Shown here: positions 39,813 through 49,325 of the stretch, in pieces
Layout of the letters: the number at the start of each line of letters is the position of its first letter
Position numbering within the stretch: position 1 is the first letter of the stretch
Position numbers and translations under genes: made by a program
Assembly (NCBI GenBank): GCA_037439545.1
Contig: JBBIVV010000001.1
Coordinates: 1-64,000 of the forward strand
Reading direction: 5' to 3'
Length of the DNA stretch: 64,000 bases
Origin: a bacterium
GTDB taxonomy: Bacteria > JAMCPX01
Notes under the pieces: generated by a model
The model's database searches: none
Told to the model about the DNA's origin: nothing
The model's input: only the letters and a program-made list of their open reading frames with translations

Positions 39813-39873
39813 GGTAATCTCCTCCTGAATGTTATGCCGATATTCTTTTTAGTAACCGCACATCTGGCTTTTG

Positions 39874-41127
39874 TCAACTCCGTAAAAATGTCGATTCGAT
39901 GTAGTGTATCCGCTCTGTGACCGGCGGGTGCGAGTAGTAGAATGCAGAATAGAGAGGGTGGGGGTGAAGGTTCGAGAGATTGTCTTTCGAAAGTTTTACG
40001 AGAGCGCTGACCATAGCACTGCTGTTACCCGTCAGTTTACACGCAAATGCATCGGCATCCCTCTCGTGCATCCTTGAGAATAAATTAAACAACGGTGTGA
40101 AGGGAAATGCTGCAATGGTCCCGAGCAGACCGAGTATGACGATCTTTGCAAATACCGTATGAGCGGTAAGATTGAAAAGACCGGGTAAAATGCCGCCCTG
40201 CATCAGTCTGAAGGACATAAAGAGTACTGCAAGGGAAATGACCTCCATGAGGATCATTTGTTTTAAAACATGCTTCTTTTTCCAGTGACCGAGCTCATGT
40301 GCGAGTACCGCGAGAATCTCATCCGTATTCATGGTACTGAGGAGGGTGTCGAAGAGGACGACTCTTTTAACCCTGCCGATTCCGGTAAAATAGGCATTGG
40401 TATGTTTTGTCCTCTTTGATGCATCCATCTTCAGAACCTTGCTGATCTTTATCCCGACTTTATCGGTTAAATTATGGATGCCTGCTTTAAGATTTTCATC
40501 GTCGACAGGCGAAAATTTATTGAAGAGCGGCTCTATGACATAGGGGGACAGGTACATCATAAAGATGCTGAATATCAGGAAGAAAAGCCATACCCAGAGC
40601 CACCAGTGTAAAGGGCTCCTTGCAATGAGCCATAGACCGGCGGATATGATTAAAGATAAAAGGACTGTTGTTATTACTGTGGATTTTATGAAATCGGCGA
40701 TCCATAATTTTGCCGTCATCGTATTGAATCCGTATTTCTTTTCTATCCTGAATGTCTGATATATGCTCAAAGGTATCGTAAGAAATGTGTCCGCATAAAG
40801 CAGCAGCATAAAAAATATGATGCCGGACACAATAAAATTCAAATGCAGTGAATTGATCCATGAATTATAAGTATTCAATATGCCGGTAAAGAAAAACAGG
40901 ATCATCAAGATAGTACTGAAGATCGAAGAGGCGATCCCGAACCGTGTTGAATCAACGGTATAATTTCTCGATTTGTCCAGCAATGACTGTTCTATGTGTC
41001 CTTCGAATGCAGGCGGAACGATGCTGCCGTATTTCCTCAGATAAGAAAGCTTCAGATGTTCGAGCCAGTAGCCGCACAGTACGACAATCAGGTAAGCAGT
41101 CAATAGAGAGAAAGCTGAAAAGCCCAT
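39874..41127 (-). CDS. M48 family (Ste24-type) zinc metalloprotease
   Basis: NAYFTG.G..KRVVLFDTL, AHELGH, ERDAD, YSHPP..ERI. Confidence 0.93.
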   Translation of the reverse strand: MGFSAFSLLTAYLIVVLCGYWLEHLKLSYLRKYGSIVPPAFEGHIEQSLLDKSRNYTVDSTRFGIASSIFSTILMILFFFTGILNTYNSWINSLHLNFIVSGIIFFMLLLYADTFLTIPLSIYQTFRIEKKYGFNTMTAKLWIADFIKSTVITTVLLSLIISAGLWLIARSPLHWWLWVWLFFLIFSIFMMYLSPYVIEPLFNKFSPVDDENLKAGIHNLTDKVGIKISKVLKMDASKRTKHTNAYFTGIGRVKRVVLFDTLLSTMNTDEILAVLAHELGHWKKKHVLKQMILMEVISLAVLFMSFRLMQGGILPGLFNLTAHTVFAKIVILGLLGTIAAFPFTPLFNLFSRMHERDADAFACKLTGNSSAMVSALVKLSKDNLSNLHPHPLYSAFYYSHPPVTERIHYIESTFLRS

Positions 41128-41131
41128 GCGT

Positions 41132-41935
41132 TTAAAATACCACTATTCCTGCGTATCCGACCACTTCGTCATAATCATGGGTAACCTGTCCTGATGTTTT
41201 ATAATCTACGAGCTTTGCTTTTTTTGCCCCGAGTTTTTTTGCACTGAGAAGCATAATAGCAGCGGGAATCACACCGCACATCGAAATATCTTTTTCAGCA
41301 GTGACCCTGAGCAGTCCTGGAACGTCGAATGCGAGGATCCTTTCAATGGCGAGGGTGTCCTTTTTTTTTGCAATGTCCTGGGATTCGTAATGGGTCATAT
41401 CCGAACTTGCTATAATCAATGTTTCCCTGCCGGTATCTTTAATTGCTTTTGCTATGGCATTTCCTATGGAACTTACAAAATCATAATCCCTGCCCATGAC
41501 ACAGAGAGGGACGATCATGGCTGACGGGTTATAGTGATGAATAAAAGGGAGTTGGACTTCGAGTGAATGTTCCTGTGCTTGAGAATCGAAGTCGTCGTTT
41601 AAAAAATCAGTATTTTTCATGAGAGCGTCTGCAAGCTCATGGTCTATATTCATGTCAAAACCCGGCATACTGAAGGTACCGCTTGACAGTATCCCTCCTC
41701 TGGAACCATACCCGGTGTGATTGGGACCTATGACAATGACCGTAGACGGGATTGTGATGGACGAGTATACCTTTCCCGCTACACTTCCGGAGTACATATA
41801 GCCTGCATGGGGTGAGATCGCACCGATTGCTTTTACCGGTTTTTGGTCTTGAGGCACCAGTTCCTTTACCAGCCTCTCCAGGCTTGCCGGGTTTGCAGGA
41901 TAAAAAGAGCCTGCAACTGCCGGTTGTCTCTTCAT
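41132..41935 (-). CDS. amrB: AmmeMemoRadiSam system protein B (MEMO1 family)
   Basis: RQPAVAGSFYP, PHAGYMYSG, GPNH, EHSLEVQLPF, ASSDMTHY, MCG, VVGYA. Confidence 0.93.
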   Translation of the reverse strand: MKRQPAVAGSFYPANPASLERLVKELVPQDQKPVKAIGAISPHAGYMYSGSVAGKVYSSITIPSTVIVIGPNHTGYGSRGGILSSGTFSMPGFDMNIDHELADALMKNTDFLNDDFDSQAQEHSLEVQLPFIHHYNPSAMIVPLCVMGRDYDFVSSIGNAIAKAIKDTGRETLIIASSDMTHYESQDIAKKKDTLAIERILAFDVPGLLRVTAEKDISMCGVIPAAIMLLSAKKLGAKKAKLVDYKTSGQVTHDYDEVVGYAGIVVF

Positions 41936-41943
41936 AAAACCTC

Positions 41944-43782
41944 CTATCTTATTCTTATCAGGGCTTCTCCCGGGTTTACCGTATCGCCCTCGCTTATGTA
42001 TATTTCATATACGATTCCATCAATAGGCGTATGGATTTCATTTTCCATCTTCATTGCCTCCATAACCATGACTGTATCGCCCGCTATGAGCTTATCGCCT
42101 TTTTTAACCTTTATGGATGATACCTTTCCCGGTATCGTTGTCGTTACATCTCCGATCTCTGTTGCTTTCGGCCTTTCTGTCTTGATGGCTGCCTTCGGTA
42201 TCAATTCGCCTTCCTGTGAGGCAACGACCTGAACTAATGGTTCTACGAGTACCTCTTCGAGCTTACCATCGACATATACAAAGAACATTCTCGGGTTTTC
42301 GGTCCTCTGTCCGGAACCTGCAATTTTTATATTATACATTTCACCGTGCAGCTTGACGTTGAATTCACTGGGTGCAAGCCGTGCTATGTGTTTCTTTTCT
42401 TTATCAGTCTGCGGTTTTTCGAATTTCGGCATCAGGACCTTTAATTCACCTTTTTCCCTGAGGTCAAAAAATTCACCTGCAACCTGCGGGAAAAGGGCAT
42501 AGGAAAGCACATCCTCTTCCGATTTTGCTTTTCCCCCAATCTCATCCTTGAGCCTGCTAAATTCTGATTCAATGTAATCCGCAGGCCTGCGATCTATTAC
42601 CCTTTCATCGCCTATAGCAAGCTTTCTCAATTCCGGATTGACTTCGCCGGGAGGTTTGCCGTAAAGTCCTTTAAGATAATTCTTTATCTCATTGGTTATT
42701 ACCTTGTATCGTTCGCCGCTGATGACATTCAAGGTCGCCTGAGAGCCCACTATCTGGCTTGTGGGAGTTACGAGCGGAGGATAACCAAGGTCTTTCCTCA
42801 CCACAGGCACTTCATCAAGCACTTCATTTATCTTGTCGAGTGCGTTCTGCTCCTTTAACTGTGACGCAAGGTTGGACAGCATGCCCCCGGGGATCTGCCA
42901 TAAAAGTATCTTCGTATTTATGCCCGTATACTCGCTTTCAAAAGCAGCGTATTTCCTTTTTACCTCTCTGAAATAATCCGCAATGTCCGCGAGCAGTTCG
43001 AGTGATAGGCCTGTATCGGAATCAGTGTCTTTTAATGCCGCCACTATCGATTCTGTCGCGGCCTGGGATGTGCCTGATGCAAATGGCGAGATTGCCGTGT
43101 CGACGATGTCGACGCCCGCCTCGATGGCCTTTAAAATAGACATGGCTGCAAAGCCTGCGGTGTCGTGCGTGTGGAAGTGGAGCGGGACCTTTATGACCGA
43201 TTTAATCCTCCCAATGAGTTCAAAAGCCTCATAAGGTCTTATCAAACCTGCCATATCTTTTATGCAAACGCTGTCTACACCAAGGTCCTCAAGGGCTTTT
43301 GCATAATCGATAAAGTATTCTATGGTATGTACAGGGCTTGTCGTATAACTCAGGGCACCTTCGACGAACTTCCCGAACTGCTTCACAGCCTTTACCGATG
43401 AGCGTATATTCCTTATGTCATTCAGGGCATCGAAGGTCCTGAATATATCAATACCGTTTTCAGCGGACTTTTCTACGAACTTCCATACAATATCGTCGGA
43501 ATAATGCCTGTAACCGACGAGGTTCTGTCCCCGCAGGAGCATCTGAAGCTTCGTGTTCGGCAATGCTTTCTTGAGTTCCCTGAGCCTTTCCCATGGGTCT
43601 TCCCGCAGGAAGCGCATTGCTGTGTCGAATGTGGCGCCTCCCCATACTTCCATGGACCAAAATCCCACCCTGTCCATCTTATCGCATATCGGTAGCATGT
43701 CTTCTGTTTTTAATCGTGTCGCAATATGGGACTGATGTGCATCCCTTAGAGTTGTATCTGTAACATTTATTTTCTTTATCAC
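41944..43782 (-). CDS. pycB: Pyruvate carboxylase subunit B (carboxyltransferase plus biotin carrier)
   Basis: RDAHQS, WGGATFD, IKDMAG, HTH, PPLVTPTSQIVG, biotin motif EAMKM; GTG start after gaggag. Confidence 0.88.
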   Translation of the reverse strand: MIKKINVTDTTLRDAHQSHIATRLKTEDMLPICDKMDRVGFWSMEVWGGATFDTAMRFLREDPWERLRELKKALPNTKLQMLLRGQNLVGYRHYSDDIVWKFVEKSAENGIDIFRTFDALNDIRNIRSSVKAVKQFGKFVEGALSYTTSPVHTIEYFIDYAKALEDLGVDSVCIKDMAGLIRPYEAFELIGRIKSVIKVPLHFHTHDTAGFAAMSILKAIEAGVDIVDTAISPFASGTSQAATESIVAALKDTDSDTGLSLELLADIADYFREVKRKYAAFESEYTGINTKILLWQIPGGMLSNLASQLKEQNALDKINEVLDEVPVVRKDLGYPPLVTPTSQIVGSQATLNVISGERYKVITNEIKNYLKGLYGKPPGEVNPELRKLAIGDERVIDRRPADYIESEFSRLKDEIGGKAKSEEDVLSYALFPQVAGEFFDLREKGELKVLMPKFEKPQTDKEKKHIARLAPSEFNVKLHGEMYNIKIAGSGQRTENPRMFFVYVDGKLEEVLVEPLVQVVASQEGELIPKAAIKTERPKATEIGDVTTTIPGKVSSIKVKKGDKLIAGDTVMVMEAMKMENEIHTPIDGIVYEIYISEGDTVNPGEALIRIR

Positions 43783-43795
43783 GATCTCTCCTCTT

Positions 43796-45214
43796 CTAAA
43801 TGCCCTCATGCATGGCTATGGCCGATGCAATAGCAATAACCATATCGCTGGGGTCGACTGTATTTGCATAATCCAGAAGGTCCGGATGCTCATTTATAAA
43901 TTCGGTATCAAAATAGCCCCTTTTAAAATCCTCGCTGTTTACGATCGCCTGCAGATAGAAAATATTTGTTTTGATACCTCTTATAACGAATTCATCGAGC
44001 GCTCTTCTCATCCTGTTGACTGCTTCTTCCCATGTCCCGCCGGTGACAGTTAATTTTGCTATCATCGGATCGTAGTAGTCAGGCACGACATAATCCTTGT
44101 AAACAGCTCCGTCTATTCTTACACCGATGCCGCCTGGAGAATAATAAGCCGTAATCCTGCCTCCGTTCGGCAGAAACGCGTTTTGCGGGTCCTCGGCTAT
44201 AAGCCTGCATTCGATTGCATTGCCGCGTATTTTTACGTCCTTTTGTTTTATACCCAGCTCCAACCCTGCAGCGACCTCTATCTGTTTCTTAACTATGTCG
44301 ATGCCCGTTATCGACTCTGTAACGGGATGCTCGACCTGCAGTCTCGTATTCATCTCCATGAAGTGGTACCGCATGCTGCTGTCGACAATAAATTCAATGG
44401 TGCCTGCATTCGTATAATTGACGAGTTTCGCAATTTTTACCGCAAGGTTTCCCAATTCCTTCCTTTTTTTATCACCGAGGAGCAATGAAGGAGCAATCTC
44501 TATCACCTTCTGGTGCCTCCTCTGTATGGAGCAATCCCTTTCACCGAGATGGATCACATTGCCGTGATGATCCGCGAGTATCTGCACCTCAATGTGATGA
44601 GGTTTTGTAATATATTTTTCGATAAAGATCTCAGGATTATTAAAGAATTTCTCAGCCTCTGACCTTGCAAGGCTATAGTACCGGATCAGTTCGTTTTCTG
44701 TTTTTGCAATCCGCAGACCTCTTCCACCGCCGCCTCCGGATGCTTTTATAATCACGGGGTAGCCTATTTTTTTGCCCCATTTTATTGCATCATCCTCGCT
44801 TTCTACCGGTCCATCGCTGCCGTCTACAACAGGGATGTTATGCTCTTTCATAAACTCTCTTGCCTTGAGTTTGTTCCCCATGAGTTCAATCACAGGGGAG
44901 GAGGGACCAATGAAAACAACGCCCCGCTTTTCGCACAACTCTGCCATCTTCGGGTTTTCCGATACAAAGCCATACCCCGGGTGTATGGCATCGGCCCCGA
45001 TCTTTTTTGCAATATCCACGATCCTATGGATATTGAGATAGGCTTCAATAGGCCCCGGTGTAACGAGATAAGCTTCGTCCGCTTTCTTTATATAAAGGGC
45101 TGTCGAGTCTTCTTCCGTATAAATGACAGCACTCCTTACATTCATCTCCTTGCATGCCCTTATTATTCTTGTCGCAATCTCGCCTCTGTTTGCTATGAGA
45201 ATTTTATTAAACAT
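43796..45214 (-). CDS. pycA: Pyruvate carboxylase subunit A (biotin carboxylase)
   Basis: IANRGEIA, HPGYGF, GGGGRG, ERDCSIQRRHQK, EMNTRLQVEH; adjacent to pycB. Confidence 0.88.
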   Translation of the reverse strand: MFNKILIANRGEIATRIIRACKEMNVRSAVIYTEEDSTALYIKKADEAYLVTPGPIEAYLNIHRIVDIAKKIGADAIHPGYGFVSENPKMAELCEKRGVVFIGPSSPVIELMGNKLKAREFMKEHNIPVVDGSDGPVESEDDAIKWGKKIGYPVIIKASGGGGGRGLRIAKTENELIRYYSLARSEAEKFFNNPEIFIEKYITKPHHIEVQILADHHGNVIHLGERDCSIQRRHQKVIEIAPSLLLGDKKRKELGNLAVKIAKLVNYTNAGTIEFIVDSSMRYHFMEMNTRLQVEHPVTESITGIDIVKKQIEVAAGLELGIKQKDVKIRGNAIECRLIAEDPQNAFLPNGGRITAYYSPGGIGVRIDGAVYKDYVVPDYYDPMIAKLTVTGGTWEEAVNRMRRALDEFVIRGIKTNIFYLQAIVNSEDFKRGYFDTEFINEHPDLLDYANTVDPSDMVIAIASAIAMHEGI

Positions 45215-45249
45215 TCCTTTTGCTCCAATTTATATATAATGCATGTATA

Positions 45250-45765
45250 TTAAATAAGTCCAAACATCAATTGAATGATAATCAGAGCAGTCTTGATAAT
45301 CTTATCGGGCAGTGAGCTTAAATCATTATTGCCCGGTGATTGATTTAAGACATCGATAAACCCGGGGTTATTGTACATTGACATTATTTTTTGTTTTGTT
45401 CCGTCCTGTGCAAAATGGCTGCGGAATTCGGCGTAATCCATAACCTCCTTGCTGTTCATCCATACGCCTTCACAGTTTCTGCACAGCATAAACACCACCA
45501 TATTTTTGAACAGGGGATCGTTATACTCTATGAGTTCCGTGCCGCATACGGGACAATGAAGTTCTTTCTTCGTAAGTACTGGCTTCCCCAGCAGCTCGCG
45601 GTCCACCTCAAGAAGGGTATCGGGTATTGTGGTGAACTGATAAAGCTCGTGGTGATCAAACCATACGCCGCCGCAGCCCGGACACTGGTCAACGGTAACA
45701 TAGTTGTTTTCATCCGTCTTAAGAGAACTGGATTTCATGTCTCCCTGGCAATTCGGACATTTCAT
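45250..45765 (-). CDS. Double zf-TFIIB-like zinc-ribbon protein
   Basis: CPNC..VDQCPGCGGVWFD..EL and CPVC..LCRNCEGVWM repeats. Confidence 0.8.
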   Translation of the reverse strand: MKCPNCQGDMKSSSLKTDENNYVTVDQCPGCGGVWFDHHELYQFTTIPDTLLEVDRELLGKPVLTKKELHCPVCGTELIEYNDPLFKNMVVFMLCRNCEGVWMNSKEVMDYAEFRSHFAQDGTKQKIMSMYNNPGFIDVLNQSPGNNDLSSLPDKIIKTALIIIQLMFGLI

Positions 45766-46379
45766 TTCTTTTTGAATGCCTTTTCCTCGCCCCTGGAGAG
45801 CCGTTTTATGTTTTCACGGTGTGTGAATAAGATGAATGCCGTCATAAATACTGCAAACCCTGTCATAATGCCCCGCACGGATGTACCATGAAATAAAATC
45901 AATGAGATGAACGGAAGGCTTATTGCTACCGTCAATGCACCGACAGACGAGACCCGTGTGATTAAAAATGCGGCCAGCCATACGACTATCAAGAGTAAGG
46001 CAAATAAGGGACTTAGTGCCAGAAACATTCCAAGACTCGTTGCAATGCCTTTGCCGCCTTTGAATTTAAGGAATGGAGTGAATACATGTCCTGCTACGGC
46101 AAGTACACCGGTAACAGCCATAAATAAATAAAGCTGTATCTGAGGCAACTCCTTGAAATAAAGCTTTATCAGGAGCACGGGTAAAAAGCCTTTCAGTGCA
46201 TCTATGACAAGTACAAACGCGCCCCAGCCTTTTCCCATGGCACGTGTGACATTCGTTGCGCCAATATTACCGCTTCCGACAGTTTTTATGTCTATACCCT
46301 TGGCTTTCGCAACAAGATAACCTGTCGGAAGTGAACCCATGAAAAACGCACCGATTAAAATAAGGATATAAAGGATCAT
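45762..46379 (-). CDS. plsY: Glycerol-3-phosphate acyltransferase PlsY
   Basis: GSGNIGATN, DALKG, GH..PFLKFKGGKGIAT, HRENIKRL..GEE. Confidence 0.95.
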   Translation of the reverse strand: MILYILILIGAFFMGSLPTGYLVAKAKGIDIKTVGSGNIGATNVTRAMGKGWGAFVLVIDALKGFLPVLLIKLYFKELPQIQLYLFMAVTGVLAVAGHVFTPFLKFKGGKGIATSLGMFLALSPLFALLLIVVWLAAFLITRVSSVGALTVAISLPFISLILFHGTSVRGIMTGFAVFMTAFILFTHRENIKRLSRGEEKAFKKK

Positions 46380-46509
46380 AAAGCATAAATAACAGCTATT
46401 ATTCTATGCGTCAACTCTGACGGAGTTTATTTGCTCTCGAGGGTTAATCATGCTATAATAATTACATGACAAGGTATCGACTATCTCTATTGTAAAGGAG
46501 GTTTATGCT

Positions 46510-47145
46510 ATGCCAACCAAATCCGCGCTGCAGGCTCTTTCGATTCTAAGGGATCCGTCCCAGTTCCAATGGTATGTGGTGCCTCTGCTGATCATCGTGA
46601 TTTACGTATACAATGCCGAGGTCGGGAAAAAGAACTGGAATCTGGTTTTTGCAGGGCTTGCCCTCTGGGGGATGGACTGGTTTAACGAGATCTGGAACGG
46701 ACTTGTCTTTCATTTTACTGACTATGCTCCGGTCTGGGGGACGCCTGGGAAATCGGCATTTGTAATTTTAATAGGACTTAACATCGAGATCTGCTTCATG
46801 TTTGCGATCATGGGTATTGCTTCTGCCTATGCACTCCCTGCAGATAAAAAAATGAGGATACTCGGAATACCAAACCGTATTTTCTTTGCTGTGGTATACA
46901 GCATACTGAGCGTGATTGTAGAGCTTTTATTGAACCGTGCGGGTGCGCTGACCTGGGATTACTCATGGTGGAATGCGGGAGAGCCCTGGCTTATCTTTTT
47001 GATTGGATATCTGCCTTTCTTTGTAGTGGCTTTTTGGGTGCATGACATGGAAAAAGTCAGAAATAAGGTAATAGCGGTAGGCTCTATACTCGGCTTTGAC
47101 CTTGCCTGTCTCGTTTTATTCGCCGGTGTCCTTAAGTGGATATAA
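46510..47145 (+). CDS. Hypothetical multi-pass membrane protein
   Basis: RBS aaggagg, extended -10 tgctataat upstream, about 6 hydrophobic segments. Confidence 0.75.
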   Translation: MPTKSALQALSILRDPSQFQWYVVPLLIIVIYVYNAEVGKKNWNLVFAGLALWGMDWFNEIWNGLVFHFTDYAPVWGTPGKSAFVILIGLNIEICFMFAIMGIASAYALPADKKMRILGIPNRIFFAVVYSILSVIVELLLNRAGALTWDYSWWNAGEPWLIFLIGYLPFFVVAFWVHDMEKVRNKVIAVGSILGFDLACLVLFAGVLKWI

Positions 47146-47180
47146 AGCCCGGTGAATGTTCTCAATTTTGGAGGCGGTAA

Positions 47181-47981
47181 ATGCTCGTTCGTAAAGAGAA
47201 ACGAAAACTTGGCGAACTGCTTCAGGATGTCGATCTTCTGAATGAAGAACAGGTGAAGCAAGCACTGCGCGTGCAAAAAGAACAGGGAATAAAATTCGGC
47301 GATGCAGTCGTAAAACTCGGTTTTTTGAAAATAGACGACATTAACTGGGCATTATCGAATCAGTTAAACATTCCCTATATACCGGACCTGAAGGAAAAGG
47401 GTATTTTTGACCCTGCGAGTGTAGCTCTATTACCTTATGATTTTGCACAGAAGCATTGTGTTATCATACTGGGACAGATGTCCGGCACGGTAAATATTGT
47501 CATGGCTGATCCGTTAAACGACACGGTCATAGAATATGTGGCACATAGTACGGGTAAAAGCGTCAATGTTTCTATAAGCGATGAACAGGCGATACGGGAT
47601 ATGATTGAAGTACTTTACATGAACAGCGGTGTTGCCGCTGCAAGGCATCATGAAGAAGGCGATGTCTCACAGATAAAAGCAGAGATTAATACTGTGCTTA
47701 AAGAGATAGGTTCCGGGTTCGACGCAGAGGTATATAAAAACGCACTATGTATTTCTTTCAATGAAAGAGCAAAAAAAAATGTCAGTATCCAACTCATATA
47801 TAAGGACACTGAGACAGGTAAGTATTTCATAGACATCCTTATAGACAATTCTGTAGGCGTCTTATTTTCCAACAGGGACATAGAGGAACAGCATATAAAT
47901 GCGCTGTTGAAACTCAGCAGGTTACAGGGGCTTATCGTCATAAAGATTACAGAGAACCTAACCTTAGAAGCATTGGAATAG
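47181..47981 (+). CDS. MshEN/T2SSE N-terminal domain protein fused to a degenerate GxxExxY-like domain
   Basis: RKLGELL...QALRVQ...KFGDAVVKLGFL...ALSNQL, then IVMADP, then EIGSGFDAEVYKNAL...YKD..GKYFIDILIDN. Confidence 0.7.
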   Translation: MLVRKEKRKLGELLQDVDLLNEEQVKQALRVQKEQGIKFGDAVVKLGFLKIDDINWALSNQLNIPYIPDLKEKGIFDPASVALLPYDFAQKHCVIILGQMSGTVNIVMADPLNDTVIEYVAHSTGKSVNVSISDEQAIRDMIEVLYMNSGVAAARHHEEGDVSQIKAEINTVLKEIGSGFDAEVYKNALCISFNERAKKNVSIQLIYKDTETGKYFIDILIDNSVGVLFSNRDIEEQHINALLKLSRLQGLIVIKITENLTLEALE

Positions 47982-47985
47982 CGTT

Positions 47986-49191
47986 ATGGCAAAAATAGAC
48001 GGATTATTAAAATTACTGAAGGATAAGAAGGGGTCTGATCTTCACCTCGCGGTCGGTTCTCCTCCGACACTGCGCATCCACGGTGAACTCGAGAAAATGG
48101 AAGCAAGGGAAATCACACAATCGGATATGGAAGTCCTATTGTTTGAAATAATGGACAATGATAAAAAGGATCAATTCCTGAAGAATAAAGAGTATGATTT
48201 TGCGTATGAAGTAAAAGATATTGCACGGTTCAGGGTAAACGCCTTTTACCAGAGAAAGGGACTTGCGGCTGTTTTGAGGCTCATCCCGGCAATAATACCT
48301 AAATTTGAAGATCTCGATATGCCTGAGGTGATGAAGACTTTTTGTTTCTATGATAGGGGACTTGTGCTGGTCACAGGACCGACCGGCAGCGGAAAATCAA
48401 CGACGCTCGCTGCGCTCATTGATTTTATAAACAGGAACTCTTCAGCCCATGTCCTGACCCTGGAAGACCCTATAGAATTTGTGCATCAAAATGTCTCGTG
48501 TCTCGTAAACCAGAGACAGATCGGAGAGCATAGCCATACATTTGCGTCTGCACTGCGTTCAGCCTTGAGGGAGGATCCGGACGTTATCCTTGTCGGTGAA
48601 ATGAGGGACCTTGAGACAATATCTCTCGCAATTACGGCCGCAGAAACGGGGCACCTCGTCTTCGGTACACTCCATACATCGAGTGCGGCAAAAACCGTAG
48701 ACAGAATAATAGACGCTTTTCCGAAGGATCAGCAGGAACAAATAAGGACAATGCTCTCAGAATCGCTCAAGGCTGTCGTTGCTCAACAGCTTATAAAAAC
48801 GGTAGACGGAAAAGGCAGGGTTGCGGCATTGGAGATTATGGTCGTCACGCCTGCAATCTCAAACCTCATAAGGGAAGCAAAGACATTCCAGATACCCTCC
48901 ATTATTCAGATAGGCAAGAAAGACGGCATGCAGATAATGGATCAGGCAATACTGGATCTTCTAAAGCTTAAAAAAATATCGGCACATGAAGCATACGCAC
49001 ATGCCAATAACAAGTCCATGTTCGAACAATACATGGCGAAAGGTACCAATATTTACATGGCTTACGGTATAGAAACGGGCGCACAGGAAGTAGCACCCAA
49101 TAAAGATATTTCCGGTAAACTAAATAAAGACGCAAAATCTGCCAACAAGATTCAAGAAGCAAACATGCAGAAGGGCGTTACAAGCCGTTAA
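47986..49191 (+). CDS. pilT: Type IV pilus retraction ATPase PilT
   Basis: SDLHL, GPTGSGKSTT, LEDPIE, ALREDPDVILVGEMRD, AAETGH..TLH, AISNLIRE. Confidence 0.95.
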   Translation: MAKIDGLLKLLKDKKGSDLHLAVGSPPTLRIHGELEKMEAREITQSDMEVLLFEIMDNDKKDQFLKNKEYDFAYEVKDIARFRVNAFYQRKGLAAVLRLIPAIIPKFEDLDMPEVMKTFCFYDRGLVLVTGPTGSGKSTTLAALIDFINRNSSAHVLTLEDPIEFVHQNVSCLVNQRQIGEHSHTFASALRSALREDPDVILVGEMRDLETISLAITAAETGHLVFGTLHTSSAAKTVDRIIDAFPKDQQEQIRTMLSESLKAVVAQQLIKTVDGKGRVAALEIMVVTPAISNLIREAKTFQIPSIIQIGKKDGMQIMDQAILDLLKLKKISAHEAYAHANNKSMFEQYMAKGTNIYMAYGIETGAQEVAPNKDISGKLNKDAKSANKIQEANMQKGVTSR

Positions 49192-49325
49192 ATACAAACA
49201 TTTCAACACTTTTTGTCTATTTTTAAACATCTCGATATACTTTGAATATTCTTAGTCCTTAATTTACAAATAGTTAAAACTATTTTTTCATTGGCACGTA
49301 TAATGCTATTAATTTTAATATTACT

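Noticed and set aside
41944..45214. Na+-pumping oxaloacetate decarboxylase or 2-oxoglutarate carboxylase
   Set aside because: No oadB/oadG nearby, and pairing with a biotin carboxylase fits PycAB. 2-oxoglutarate carboxylase cannot be fully excluded without phylogeny.
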